Source of the DNA: Methanomicrobiales archaeon
GTDB lineage: Archaea; Halobacteriota; Methanomicrobia; Methanomicrobiales; Methanospirillaceae
Direction: 5' to 3'
Assembly: GCA_037137755.1 (NCBI GenBank)
Contig: JBAXJR010000001.1
Span: 1-64,000 of the forward strand
Length of the DNA stretch: 64,000 nt
The position numbers and the translations under genes were made by a program. Shown here one piece after another: positions 51,668 through 62,039 of the stretch (its first letter is position 1; the number at the start of each line of letters is the position of its first letter). Below the pieces are notes generated by a model, which saw nothing but the letters and a program-made list of their open reading frames with translations, had not been told where the DNA came from and searched no databases.

Positions 51668-52417
51668 TTAAGATTTAGAGAGAGAATCTGCAAGCATTAT
51701 CGCATTGCGGTAATCTGGAGATGCGCGCGAGGTATCCACAAAAATTCTATCGATATTTATCACAGGTGCACCATGACCGTGACCGGCACCAAGGAAGGTG
51801 AGTGTCCGGAACATCAGGTTTCCTGTAATCCCGTCAGGGGCGATAATAACTCCTGCTTCTGAAATTGCGTCTTCTACGAGGATTTCGTAATGGGTTTCGC
51901 CGGTGATCCGTGCGACAAGCTCAGCATCCGCCATACTCCGGTCGACCCTTCGGTTCCGGCCCAGATCGCCGAGCCTGCCCCCGGAGAGGATTGCCACCCG
52001 TGCAGGAAGGCCGAATTTTCCTGCAATCTCCCTGCCTTTCTGTACAAAGGCCACTTTCTCCGCAACCGACCATCCCTCATCCACCCCTACCGGGGCAAGC
52101 AGGAATTTCTTCCCGCCTGCAGTCTCAAGGAGGGCAATACGTTCGAGGTGATCGACGCCTGCGGCCTGCTTGAGTGCACGAAGGGTCGCATTTGCAGGCA
52201 GTGTACCACGAATTGCAGCCCTGATTGTCCCCTTCATGAGGTCGGTAACCAGGTCCTGTTCCGGACATGGTGAGATATGATGGGTGATTGTCCCTGTTCC
52301 AGAACCGACGACACCAGATTTACAATAAAGGGTAACCTGATCGCTGATCCCGGATTTAATAACGCTGGATATAACTTTTTCCCAATCTTCCCCGATACCG
52401 ATACCAATCTTATTCAT
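51668..52417 (-). CDS. mtxX: Methanogenesis marker protein 4 / MtxX
   Basis: AAIRGTL, LAPVGVDEG, LSGGR..D.GR, PDGITGNL.FR, DTSR. Confidence 0.88.
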   Translation of the reverse strand: MNKIGIGIGEDWEKVISSVIKSGISDQVTLYCKSGVVGSGTGTITHHISPCPEQDLVTDLMKGTIRAAIRGTLPANATLRALKQAAGVDHLERIALLETAGGKKFLLAPVGVDEGWSVAEKVAFVQKGREIAGKFGLPARVAILSGGRLGDLGRNRRVDRSMADAELVARITGETHYEILVEDAISEAGVIIAPDGITGNLMFRTLTFLGAGHGHGAPVINIDRIFVDTSRASPDYRNAIMLADSLSKS

Positions 52418-53421
52418 ACACAGTCACCGGGCCCGGTAAAGAGCCGCATGATGCCGTTTTTAGAAAAATCAAAGACAAGTGATTCCTGGTCTTCATAGGT
52501 AATTATCAGGTCCTTGCTGCTGTTTACCGTCCCGATAACCTTCGCTGTCATGCCGACCGCTGAAAACCGCGAACAGACTTCCGCCGCATTTTTTTCGTTA
52601 ACGGTCAGAATGAAGCCCATACCGGGGTACATCCTCACCCACTGCTCGAAGGTGATGTGGTTCTCCTCTAACTCAGGATGTGGTATCTTTCCCAGATCGA
52701 TTGTTGCACCTTTGTTGCTTACTTCAAGGAGCATACCGAGTGTACCGATCACACCAGGGTTACTGATATCCTTGCCCGCGGTAAGGAGGTGCTCCTTCCC
52801 GAGCTGCTCAAGGAGCTGGATCTGTGCCCGGACATACGAAGCTGATTTCATCGTCACCGAGTCCCAGTTGAGGAAACAGGAAGGGTGTACCCTGCCGCTC
52901 AGGTCGATAGCGGCCACAACAAGGTCCCCGTCCTGTGCAGTGTGCGAGTAGATAACCGAATCGACATCTGCGACTCCTATGATAGCCACGTCGATCACGC
53001 TGTATGGCGTATCAGGGTGGAGGTGCCCGCCGACAATCGGCACCCCGAACTGGGCCGATGCATCATGCATCCCATCAATCACCTTTTTCCTGATAGAATT
53101 GTCTGATATTGAAAACACATCGACCATGGCAATTGGTTTCCCGCCCATCGCAGCGATATCATGGATATTAACAAGAACTGAACAATAACCGGCCCAGTAC
53201 GGGTCGGCCTCCATCAGCTTGCTCCATATCCCGTCTGCTGCGAGGAGAAGTGCTTCATTCCCATTTCGGATGACTGCTGCGTCCTCGCCAAACGAGGCCA
53301 TTACGTCAGGGGTATCGATCCGGATCGCCTTTACCATCTCGCCGATGGCATGTTTCCGTTTCACTCCTTCATAGTCCCTGACGACATTTGCGATTTTTTC
53401 TGTGGAGCAATAAAATACCAC
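52414..53421 (-). CDS. Methanogenesis marker protein 2 (AIR synthase/PurM-like)
   Basis: YEGVKRK, GEDAAVI, AADGIW, VNIHDIAAMGG, GGHLHPD, KDISNPG; GTG 53421 with GGTGG SD chosen as start. Confidence 0.9.
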   Translation of the reverse strand: MVFYCSTEKIANVVRDYEGVKRKHAIGEMVKAIRIDTPDVMASFGEDAAVIRNGNEALLLAADGIWSKLMEADPYWAGYCSVLVNIHDIAAMGGKPIAMVDVFSISDNSIRKKVIDGMHDASAQFGVPIVGGHLHPDTPYSVIDVAIIGVADVDSVIYSHTAQDGDLVVAAIDLSGRVHPSCFLNWDSVTMKSASYVRAQIQLLEQLGKEHLLTAGKDISNPGVIGTLGMLLEVSNKGATIDLGKIPHPELEENHITFEQWVRMYPGMGFILTVNEKNAAEVCSRFSAVGMTAKVIGTVNSSKDLIITYEDQESLVFDFSKNGIMRLFTGPGDCV

Positions 53422-53506
53422 GGTACCACCATCAACAAGAAAATCTGGTATTGTTATTTCGGTGTCATCAGACATAATTTATTTGATATACCGTCGAAGT
53501 TTCTCC

Positions 53507-54940
53507 ATGGACTGGACAGAAAAATATCGGCCTGCTCATCTGGCGGATATTGTTGGGAACGGTACTGCTGTCCGCCAGATGCTCGACTGGGCCCGGGGAT
53601 GGAAACGCGGCACAAAACCGCTCATCCTCTACGGGAAACCTGGTATCGGCAAGACCTCTGCGGCCTATGCGCTGGCGAATGATATGCACTGGGAGGCGAT
53701 GGAACTCAATGCAAGTGACCAGCGGACAAAAGCGGTCATAGAACGTGTTGCAGGTGCAGGCAGTACATCGGGGAGCCTTACCGGGGCTTTGAGGAGGCTG
53801 GTTGTCCTTGATGAAGCTGACAATCTGCAGGGCACCGCGGATAAAGGAGGTGCGAAGGCAATCCTTGATATTATCCGGGATGCACGTCAGCCTATCATCC
53901 TGATCGCAAATGACCTGTACGGGCTTGCGGCAGATCTTCGTGCTGCGTGTGATCCAGTCCAGTTTAAGGCCCTTCCTGCACGGTCCCTTGCCCCTCACTT
54001 AAAATACATCTGTTCCGTTGAGAAGGTGCAGTGCAATGACCAGGCCCTGAAGGATATCGCTGAAAATTCTGCGGGTGACATGAGAGCAGCAGTCACGATG
54101 CTGTATGCCGCAGCAATCGGAAAAGAGAGGATTGACGAACCAGATATCCATACCTCCACAAAAGACGGGCGTGCGAGCATCTTCCAGCTTATCCCCGCGG
54201 TATTCGGCAGAAGCCCGGGCGATGACCTGCTCCGGATGTCCTATGAGATTGATGATACACCCGATGTCATCGAGCAGTGGATCGAGGCGAACCTGGGCAC
54301 GCTCAAAGGTCCGGAAGAAGCAGCCCAGGCCTATCGGTATCTCTCGCGGGCCGACGAATATATCGGGTACACCTACCGGCAGCAATATTACACGCTCTGG
54401 CGTTATGCAACGGTAAACATGCTGTTAGGCACCCATATCGCATCAGGGGGCCACGGGATCCATGAAAGGATAACATCACCCCGCCGGTGGCAGAGGATGG
54501 CATCCTCAAGGCGCCAGAAAGGGATAAGGACCGCGCTGTTTGGGAAGTTTGCCGGGCTCCTGCATATGCCCCAGCAGACAGTCAGGGACGGGTACCTTAG
54601 CCTGCTTTCTATTCTCGCAGAAAAGGACCCGCTTATTTTTGCACGGGAACTTGACCTGGACGCAGACCAGCTGGCATTTCTCATCCATGACCGCGTGAAG
54701 GCGACTGCCATAACAAAACAGGTCGCAGGCGAAAAGAAGGAGGAGGATAAGAAGGAAAAGATCAAGGCGCAAAAAAAACAGGTTCCCGAACAGAAGAAAA
54801 AAAAGGAGACGGTGGAAGAGCCGCCTGAAGTAAAACCACTCGCAACAGATACCCTCCGGCAGGATATGTCTGAACCTCCCGCTCCTGCAGAACCTGAGAA
54901 ACAACCAAAGGGTGGAGGACGGCAGTCAACCCTTTTCTGA
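53507..54940 (+). CDS. rfcL: Replication factor C large subunit
   Basis: MDWTEKYRP, GKPGIGKT, ELNASD, LDEAD, C-terminal QSTLF. Confidence 0.96.
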   Translation: MDWTEKYRPAHLADIVGNGTAVRQMLDWARGWKRGTKPLILYGKPGIGKTSAAYALANDMHWEAMELNASDQRTKAVIERVAGAGSTSGSLTGALRRLVVLDEADNLQGTADKGGAKAILDIIRDARQPIILIANDLYGLAADLRAACDPVQFKALPARSLAPHLKYICSVEKVQCNDQALKDIAENSAGDMRAAVTMLYAAAIGKERIDEPDIHTSTKDGRASIFQLIPAVFGRSPGDDLLRMSYEIDDTPDVIEQWIEANLGTLKGPEEAAQAYRYLSRADEYIGYTYRQQYYTLWRYATVNMLLGTHIASGGHGIHERITSPRRWQRMASSRRQKGIRTALFGKFAGLLHMPQQTVRDGYLSLLSILAEKDPLIFARELDLDADQLAFLIHDRVKATAITKQVAGEKKEEDKKEKIKAQKKQVPEQKKKKETVEEPPEVKPLATDTLRQDMSEPPAPAEPEKQPKGGGRQSTLF

Positions 54941-55348
54941 ATTTAGATCTTTCCGCGTATGATAGCGGTGCAGGATTACCCCGCATTCGATAAGGTCTCC
55001 CCCGTTACCATAACTCTCGAAGCCTAGATGGTACACGAGGAGGTCACAGTTGAGACTTCGTGCGAGATCCTTCATCGGCGGTACCATCTCCTCCGCCGGA
55101 CGGACCGAATAGAGGAGATCGGCTCCGCTATAATGTCCTTCCCTGGGTGAAAATATGTTATCAGAGATGAAACAGACCCCTTTAGGTGGTTCCCGTGGAT
55201 TTATATCCGTGCACCGGACACCAATCCCCCCCGATACGATACATTCCGCCGCGGTAAAATTATTTCCGACACCTATCTCGACCGGGCTGCAGTAGTGCTC
55301 CGCGATGTACCTGCCAATGCAATGCTCAATACGTTTATACCCGTCCAT
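54926..55348 (-). CDS. UPF0146-family protein
   Basis: VEIGVG, TDI, DNIFSP...Y.GADLLYSVRP..E. Confidence 0.85.
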   Translation of the reverse strand: MDGYKRIEHCIGRYIAEHYCSPVEIGVGNNFTAAECIVSGGIGVRCTDINPREPPKGVCFISDNIFSPREGHYSGADLLYSVRPAEEMVPPMKDLARSLNCDLLVYHLGFESYGNGGDLIECGVILHRYHTRKDLNSEKG

Positions 55349-55365
55349 TCCAGTATAGTATTGGA

Positions 55366-55914
55366 ATGGATGTCCATATTTTTTGGGATCATCGTGCGCC
55401 GGAGGGACTGGCAGGACCGGCTGGCAGGTGTATCGCAGCGATAACCGGCACGACAGTAAAAGTCTGTGGGAGTCCTTTAGTCCTCAATGGATATAGCGGT
55501 AACAGGAGGCAGGTTGATGCGGGAATTGTGCTCGACAGCCTTGGGACCTTCATGCACCGGCAGGGTATCAATGGGCCGGTACTCCTTGTGATCGGACAGG
55601 ACATTTTTGTACCGGGACTTGACTTCGTATTCGGTCTTGCCCGGCCACAAACCCGGGCGTCTGTCGTTTCGGGTGTCCGGCTCAGCAATGAATATTATAG
55701 TCGCCCTACAAACGATGAAGACCTCATTGAACGCATTGCAAAGGAAGGTTCCCATGAATTAGGGCATATTTACGGGCTTTCACATTGCAGCAACCACGAA
55801 TGCATTATGTTCAACCCCCATACACTCGATGAACTGGACGGGAAAAAGAAAGAGTTCTGCCCGGGTTGTACGGTCGCGTTAGAAAAGGGAAAATCTGTAA
55901 TTCCTCCCTGCTAA
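55366..55914 (+). CDS. amzA: Archaemetzincin Zn protease
   Basis: FVFGLA, KE..HELGHIYGLSHC...CIM...FC..C. Confidence 0.92.
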   Translation: MDVHIFWDHRAPEGLAGPAGRCIAAITGTTVKVCGSPLVLNGYSGNRRQVDAGIVLDSLGTFMHRQGINGPVLLVIGQDIFVPGLDFVFGLARPQTRASVVSGVRLSNEYYSRPTNDEDLIERIAKEGSHELGHIYGLSHCSNHECIMFNPHTLDELDGKKKEFCPGCTVALEKGKSVIPPC

Positions 55915-56192
55915 TGACAGATTTTTCTCCGCGACCGCGATGATCAACAATTGCAACCGGAATTTTAGAATGGTTCTGGTTCGAAATTATTGAAAAATGT
56001 ATGATGGAATTATTTATACACCGGTGATATGGTAATTTTCCAGTGCATCATGATCCAGGTCCCAATGTCCCTGGTTCCGAGATATAATGTATGAAAATCC
56101 AGGGCCTGAGCGGCTGGAATAAAAAATCTGGATAAAAGCTCGTTTTAGAAAAATCGCGAATAAACAGAACAGAATATTAACAGAAAAAAGAT

Positions 56193-56501
56193 TTAGCCGA
56201 ACAGGGCTCCAAGCCCTGCCATGCCGCTCTCTTCCTCTTCTTTCTTCTCTTCCTTGGTCTCTTCCTTTGCTGCTGCGGGTGCCGCACCGGCTGCTGCGGG
56301 TGCTGCTGCAACGGCTACCTGTGCAATGGCTGCCTTGCTGATTGCATCATCGATGTCAACACCATCGAGTGCTGCAACGAGTGCCTTTACACGGGATTCG
56401 TCCACGGCGATACCTGTGGCAGTAAGGACTGCCTTTACGCTGTCTTCCTTTACCGGCTTTCCAGCCTTGTGCAGGAGAAGTGCTGCATAGATATATTCCA
56501 T
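56193..56501 (-). CDS. rpl12: 50S ribosomal stalk protein P1/L12
   Basis: [11 protein letters not shown]...EEE..GLGALFG. Confidence 0.98.
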   Translation of the reverse strand: MEYIYAALLLHKAGKPVKEDSVKAVLTATGIAVDESRVKALVAALDGVDIDDAISKAAIAQVAVAAAPAAAGAAPAAAKEETKEEKKEEEESGMAGLGALFG

Positions 56502-56519
56502 CTCAATTCACCTTTAGAT

Positions 56520-57374
56520 TTATTTTCCCTCAGTTATACCTTTGAGGGCAACGGTTTCTCTGTACGCCTTACCAATAATCGCATCAATGACGTCTTTCTC
56601 GTAGATGCTCGCCTCGATTCCAAGTGCACGTGCTTCACGGGCTGCCTTTGTGATCATCGGCACGATTGTCTCTTTCGTCGGGATGCCTGCGTTTAACGAG
56701 AGGTTGAATGCCTGACGTCCTGCGAGGGCGATCTGTGCGAGGATCTTGACTTCATCAATGGCCAGCACCGAGGGCTCGTACATGTCTCCTTCAAAGTATG
56801 CCACCTGGAGGATCAGTCCGATGTCCATCGGCTTGATATCGAGTTTTGCAAGGACCTCTGCCTGTTTCCTGGTTACAGCCTGGCCTTTCTTAACGATGGT
56901 CTTCGTCTCGCGGATCTTGACCTTACCGGCCTCGATCGCTGCGGGAATACCTGCCTGCTGGAGGTCACCCACGATGGGGCCTGGTTTGAAGCTCGTCGGA
57001 CCTTTCTCAACGATAATGTCCTCGGGTGCGATCTCACCTGGTTTTGCCGCCATCTTGGTTTTGGTCTTCTCGAGCGTCTTGAAGAGCTTGAACGGGTTCT
57101 CGTTTGTGAAGATCAATGCAGAGTGACCGGAGATATACTTAGAAACCGCGGACTTTTCGCCGCCGATTTCCTCAAACGCGTGCTTGATAAGTGTATTCCT
57201 GGTCATCTTGATCGTCGCGGTACCACGGAGGTTCCTGCGGATCTGCTGGACCTGCGTTGCAGGGATTCCATACATATCCACAAGCCCTACCAGGGAAAAT
57301 TCCCCTGAGTGCTTCTTGATCTCCTCGACTTCCTTCTTCTTCCATGCCGGGAGGTGGTGCGTGTACAATGCCAT
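56520..57374 (-). CDS. rpl10: 50S ribosomal protein L10 (P0)
   Basis: PAWK, RNTL, NPFKL, GPTSFKPGP. Confidence 0.97.
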   Translation of the reverse strand: MALYTHHLPAWKKKEVEEIKKHSGEFSLVGLVDMYGIPATQVQQIRRNLRGTATIKMTRNTLIKHAFEEIGGEKSAVSKYISGHSALIFTNENPFKLFKTLEKTKTKMAAKPGEIAPEDIIVEKGPTSFKPGPIVGDLQQAGIPAAIEAGKVKIRETKTIVKKGQAVTRKQAEVLAKLDIKPMDIGLILQVAYFEGDMYEPSVLAIDEVKILAQIALAGRQAFNLSLNAGIPTKETIVPMITKAAREARALGIEASIYEKDVIDAIIGKAYRETVALKGITEGK

Positions 57375-58019
57375 TTAAACCAGCCTCACTGCCGGGCCCA
57401 TGGTTGTCTTCACGTATACCGATCTGACGTTCATCGTTCCCTGGTCAAGAACCGCCTCGACTCTTTTCATGACTGCGTCGATATTCTCGGCGACCTGTTC
57501 CTCTGACATCTGGGTCGTACCGACCTTGACGGAGAGGACTTTCTTGTCCTTGGTCCTGATCTTCACGGAATTCCGGAGCCGCTCAACGATGGGCTTGATG
57601 TCCATTCCCATGGTAATCGGTGTCGGCATCCGTCCCCGCGGACCTAACCGTGGACCTAAGAAACGACCGACCAGTGGCATGACTGCGGTTTCAGCAAGGA
57701 AAAACCGGTACTGTCCGGCGATTTTCCGTGCCTCCCGTGGCTCTCCACCAAGCCGTTCAATCTCTTCAGGGCCGATAATCAGGTCCACGCCTGCTTCTTT
57801 TGCCTGCGTGGTGATGTCACCCTTCCCAAGTACCACGATGCCGACCGGTTTGCCGATGCCGTGGGGGAGAAGGATTGTCTCATCAATACGATTTTTCGGC
57901 TGCGCCATATCGATATTCTTGAGATTGATGGTAATATCTACACTCTCAGAGAACTTACGTTCAGGCGCTTTCTCTTTTGCCGCTTTCACGGCTTCAATAA
58001 TTTTGGCCCTTTCTACCAT
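57375..58019 (-). CDS. rpl1: 50S ribosomal protein L1
   Basis: RKFSESVDI, LPHG, LGPRGRMP, KTTMGP. Confidence 0.98.
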   Translation of the reverse strand: MVERAKIIEAVKAAKEKAPERKFSESVDITINLKNIDMAQPKNRIDETILLPHGIGKPVGIVVLGKGDITTQAKEAGVDLIIGPEEIERLGGEPREARKIAGQYRFFLAETAVMPLVGRFLGPRLGPRGRMPTPITMGMDIKPIVERLRNSVKIRTKDKKVLSVKVGTTQMSEEQVAENIDAVMKRVEAVLDQGTMNVRSVYVKTTMGPAVRLV

Positions 58020-58028
58020 CTGATTCCT

Positions 58029-58078
58029 CCATAGTCCACGACCGTGTACGAAAAATATTCCGCCACGATCTCCTATGG
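58029..58078 (-). promoter_or_regulatory. L1-binding autoregulatory mRNA hairpin overlapping the rpl1 SD
   Basis: mRNA CCAUAG-GA-GAUCGUG...CACGGUC-GUGGA-CUAUGG, then AGGAAUCAG-AUG; asymmetric loop like known L1 sites. Confidence 0.75.
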
Positions 58079-58088
58079 TTTCGCAAAT

Positions 58089-58565
58089 CTATTCAGCGAG
58101 AACCTTGTCATAGGCGCCGGAATCAATCGCTGCAAAGACCTCTTTCGGTCTTTTGCCATCCACGTTGACTCCCATGCTGACGCACGTACCGACAACTTCC
58201 TTGACTGCATTCTTGATGTCATAGGAGAGCATGTCGTCATGCTTCATCTTGGCGATTCTGACAGCGGCCTCGAGCGACAAATTCCCAACGATAATTGTGT
58301 TGGGTTCGGCAGAACCTTTCTCGATATTGGCCTCTTTCTTGATGAGTGCCGTCGTCGGTGGAATACCCACCGTGACCGTGAAGTTCTTCTTTTCATCGAC
58401 CTGGATCGTTACCGGCACCTGCATTCCGTTGAATGAAGCTGTCTTCTTGTTGATCTCGTCGACTACTGCCTTCACATTTATACCGAGGGGTCCCAGTGCC
58501 GGTCCAATCGGTGGACCTGCAGTTGCCTTGCCGCCGGGTACCAATACCTCGACCACTTCTGCCAT
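58089..58565 (-). CDS. rpl11: 50S ribosomal protein L11
   Basis: [22 protein letters not shown]; start MAEVVEV. Confidence 0.98.
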   Translation of the reverse strand: MAEVVEVLVPGGKATAGPPIGPALGPLGINVKAVVDEINKKTASFNGMQVPVTIQVDEKKNFTVTVGIPPTTALIKKEANIEKGSAEPNTIIVGNLSLEAAVRIAKMKHDDMLSYDIKNAVKEVVGTCVSMGVNVDGKRPKEVFAAIDSGAYDKVLAE

Positions 58566-58670
58566 AGTAGTATCACCATGCCGTCCCGTAAGGGTACGAA
58601 CCTGGGTCAAGTAAGGTTACCCTTCACAGACTTAAACATGTGGGAAGAGCGGGAAAAATAGGGTGGCTGG

Positions 58671-59150
58671 TCAGCGGTCTTCGCCTTTATCGATCACGCG
58701 GACATTATCGCCCCTGACGGTGATCGGGATGGGTAGCACACTCTCGTAGAGCTCAACGGTAATCTCCTCTTTACCTGAGTCAATCCTTTTTACGACGGCT
58801 TTTTCGCCTTTGAACGGTCCTGCGATCATCTCTACGATTGTCCCTTCGGATATACCACTGACGACTGGTTTCGGTACCAGGAAGTGTGCAACCTCGGCGA
58901 GCGTGGTCTCTCCATGGACAACGACGCGCGCGTGTGGGACCTTCTCGACCAGTTGTTCAATCCGGTTCATCTGTTCGGGAGTCTCAACGAGTACATAGCC
59001 CTTGAGCTCATCAGGTACGATAATTGCGAGCACCTTCACATCGGAGTCGCCGTTATCGATTACCTTCTTGATATTGTCAGCAACCGTCCTTTCCTGCTTC
59101 GAGGTAGTCTTAATGGCAAAAATACGGTTGGTCTGTTCAGGCATATTCAT
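58671..59150 (-). CDS. spt5: Transcription elongation factor Spt5
   Basis: QERTVA, KGYVLVE, KOW GPFKGEKA. Confidence 0.96.
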   Translation of the reverse strand: MNMPEQTNRIFAIKTTSKQERTVADNIKKVIDNGDSDVKVLAIIVPDELKGYVLVETPEQMNRIEQLVEKVPHARVVVHGETTLAEVAHFLVPKPVVSGISEGTIVEMIAGPFKGEKAVVKRIDSGKEEITVELYESVLPIPITVRGDNVRVIDKGEDR

Positions 59151-59347
59151 CAGCGGGGGACTAAGAGGAATAGTTCGTAAATGATGAATCCGATAAGACC
59201 TATGAGCGCGACACCAGCAATAACGACGAGCGCGATCTTCTGGAACTCTTCCCGGGTTGGCGTGCGGGCGAGTTTCAGGACACGGAGGTACTTACGTAGT
59301 AGTTCCTCGTGGAAATCTATTTTCATATTGGGTTTTGGTAATTCCAT
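59150..59347 (-). CDS. secE: Protein translocase SecE/Sec61-gamma
   Basis: YLRVLKLARTPTREEF...IGLIGFII. Confidence 0.95.
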   Translation of the reverse strand: MELPKPNMKIDFHEELLRKYLRVLKLARTPTREEFQKIALVVIAGVALIGLIGFIIYELFLLVPR

Positions 59348-59353
59348 AATTAA

Positions 59354-60445
59354 TCACTTCAGGAAGTCTATCTCAAATTGCTTCTGAACTTTTGGGTTAT
59401 TTTTTTCATTCCTTCCATATATTTGTGGTGACCGTACTCCCGTCACGACAAGGAGGGTGCGCATCTTGTTCTGCATATCCGGATCAACCTGTGCGCCCCA
59501 GATTATCCTTGCATTCGGGTCAATACGGTTGTAAACTTCCTGCACTGCACCCTCAGCCTCAGCCATTGTCATGTCAGGACCACCGATTACATTGACAAGC
59601 GCGGCGTTCGCTCCGGAGATATCAACGTCAAGCAATGGTGACCTTATTGCCTTTTTAACCGAATCTGCTGCCTTATCTTCACTGTCACTCTCACCCATTC
59701 CGATCATGGCTACACCCCCGCGCTCCATGACCGTGCGCACATCAGCAAAATCAAGGTTTACGAGCCCCGGCATCGTGATCAGTTCGGTGATACCTTTGAC
59801 CGCCCTCATCAGAACTTCATCCGCGACCTTAAAAGCGGCATAAAGCGGGAGCTTTGGTACTACCTCAAGCAGCCTGTCGTTTGGTACGACAATAACCGTG
59901 TCCGCCACATCACGGAGCCGTTCAAGTCCGGCCTCGGCATTTTCCATCCGGATTGCACCTTCTGCGGTGAAGGGAAGCGTCACAACCGCGATTGTGAGGG
60001 CACCTTCTTCACGTGCAGCTTTTGCAACAATTGGCGCACAACCGGTTCCGGTCCCTCCGCCAAGACCGACCGTGAGAAATACCATGTCGCAACCTGCAAC
60101 GGCACTCTTTATTTCCTGTTCTGTTTCAAGCGCTGCTTCCTCTCCAATCTGTGGGATTGAGCCAGCCCCGAGACCTCGTGTCCGTTGTCGCCCTATCAGG
60201 ATCCGGTGATCCGCTTTTGTCCTCGAAAGGTGCTGTGCATCGGTATTTATTGCATACAGGCGGGCACCGTGGATCCCCTCGTCCATCATGCGGCTGATTG
60301 TATTTGATCCGCCACCCCCACAACCAATGACCGCTATCTCTGTCCTTAACCCTTCCAGAATCTGGTCAAGTTCTGAATCGTTCTTTGAGACATCAAGTGT
60401 GTCATCCCTCACTTTAGTCAGTGCCTCTTCTACGATAGACCTCAT
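59354..60445 (-). CDS. ftsZ: Cell division protein FtsZ (FtsZ1 context)
   Basis: [31 protein letters not shown]. Confidence 0.98.
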   Translation of the reverse strand: MRSIVEEALTKVRDDTLDVSKNDSELDQILEGLRTEIAVIGCGGGGSNTISRMMDEGIHGARLYAINTDAQHLSRTKADHRILIGRQRTRGLGAGSIPQIGEEAALETEQEIKSAVAGCDMVFLTVGLGGGTGTGCAPIVAKAAREEGALTIAVVTLPFTAEGAIRMENAEAGLERLRDVADTVIVVPNDRLLEVVPKLPLYAAFKVADEVLMRAVKGITELITMPGLVNLDFADVRTVMERGGVAMIGMGESDSEDKAADSVKKAIRSPLLDVDISGANAALVNVIGGPDMTMAEAEGAVQEVYNRIDPNARIIWGAQVDPDMQNKMRTLLVVTGVRSPQIYGRNEKNNPKVQKQFEIDFLK

Positions 60446-61767
60446 GTATACCTCTCCAACCCCGGGATGTGGATATCCTTCCTGCCTAAGACCTGGACCA
60501 TATCGGGAGTGATTACCCTGTTCCCGATATGCACTGCCTCCCCCTTCATAAGCAGGCCAAACAAAGGACCCATTGGAACACCGAGTTCGCGCGCCTTCCC
60601 GGGGTCCAATTTCTTTTTAAGGATAATCAGGTGATCGCCCTCAATTTCAGTCGCTTCGTTAATAATAATGATTGATACGCATAAGGTTATTAAATCATGT
60701 AGTTTTGTTTCCTTCTGGTCCTGTCCCGTAATGAATACAGGGAGAACTGGCGAGTTTTTTGTCGAGAGATATGCTATCGGCAATTCCCGGAGTCGATCCA
60801 GGAATTGTCGTCCACCAATAGCTAGGGCATTGGAGAGTAATTCAGGACTGATCCTGATAATAACAGGTTTTACGATTGATTTCAACAAATTGACATGGAC
60901 TTCCGCTTCAGGTTCCCGTGATGCCGCCAGTGTTCTGATCCGGAGATAATCCTCCCATACGAGTTCACCGATACCAGTAAGGTGGTGCTCGGCAAGCATG
61001 AGGATTTCAAGCTCCTGTAATATCCCCTCAATCCGGGACAGGTTATTTCCATCAATGGCTTTCCTGTCTACAAAGGCCGCCTTGGCATGACTTTTGTCCA
61101 TCATCTGGCTGATCATTTCCTTCGTTATCCCTTCCAGTTCCCTGGTATGCGCAATATGACCAAACGCCCCCTGTGTCGAAAGGGCAATTTCAGTCTGTCG
61201 CCGTGCATAATGCGTCCCGCCAAACCCAATGAGCGGGATTGCCTGCCCAGGGTCTGCGAGAAGTACGCTCTCCGCAACGGCCTGGCCTGCCGTTTCATCA
61301 CGCCATTCCTGTTCCGTGCTCCCGATTTCAACAAAAAATGACGGGTGATAAAGTTCGGTGGGTCCGTGATGCGTCACTTCGTAAAAGGCACCGTAGCCTT
61401 GAGGTGCACGTTCTTTCAGGTTCCTGAGCACTGCCTGCATCCAGGCAGGGGCAGCCGGGGCAAGGGACCCTGGTTTTCCTCCCAGTTCCGCATTTCCCAG
61501 GTTTCCCGTCACGTGCACCGTGAGAACTGGGACAGGATGGACTGAAGCATGGCGCGAAAGGAAAATTACCAGGTCTGTATCGAGATCACGATCGATTTCG
61601 TCCTCGAAAATCAGGCGGCCTTCCACCTCGATATGGGAGTACACAGGTTGCTGTAATCCGGGACCCAAAGAATCCTCCTTGCACCCGCTTTCAAGGAGTT
61701 CGTGTATATGCCTGTGGATATTACACCCGGCAGGGTCCGTTCGTGAGCTGACCAGTGTTATCTTCAA
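60442..61767 (-). CDS. dtdA: D-aminoacyl-tRNA deacylase DTD2 with C-terminal extension
   Basis: [35 protein letters not shown]. Confidence 0.92.
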   Translation of the reverse strand: MKITLVSSRTDPAGCNIHRHIHELLESGCKEDSLGPGLQQPVYSHIEVEGRLIFEDEIDRDLDTDLVIFLSRHASVHPVPVLTVHVTGNLGNAELGGKPGSLAPAAPAWMQAVLRNLKERAPQGYGAFYEVTHHGPTELYHPSFFVEIGSTEQEWRDETAGQAVAESVLLADPGQAIPLIGFGGTHYARRQTEIALSTQGAFGHIAHTRELEGITKEMISQMMDKSHAKAAFVDRKAIDGNNLSRIEGILQELEILMLAEHHLTGIGELVWEDYLRIRTLAASREPEAEVHVNLLKSIVKPVIIRISPELLSNALAIGGRQFLDRLRELPIAYLSTKNSPVLPVFITGQDQKETKLHDLITLCVSIIIINEATEIEGDHLIILKKKLDPGKARELGVPMGPLFGLLMKGEAVHIGNRVITPDMVQVLGRKDIHIPGLERYT

Positions 61768-61862
61768 GGATTGGTATACCTCCTTCAGCGTACGTGATTA
61801 GTACGGATCCTGTTAACAATAACAGTAAACCCTATGTAATTGTACATATACCATTGTTCGTT

Positions 61863-62039
61863 ATGGAAGAAGAAAAGATCAGTTCAGCATTTGAAAAAGA
61901 AGGTGTGGGTAGCGAGATTAATTGCCCGCAGGCCTTTTCCATTGCAGAAAAATACAATATTACGAAACATGAGATCGCAGCGTATTGCAACAAGCACGGT
62001 GTAAAGATCAGGGGTTGCCAGCTGGGCTGCTTTAAATGA
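61863..62039 (+). CDS. Small Cys-containing protein (58 aa) coupled to moeA
   Basis: MEEEKI...INCPQAF...YCN...KIRGCQLGCFK; ATGA overlap with moeA. Confidence 0.75.
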   Translation: MEEEKISSAFEKEGVGSEINCPQAFSIAEKYNITKHEIAAYCNKHGVKIRGCQLGCFK

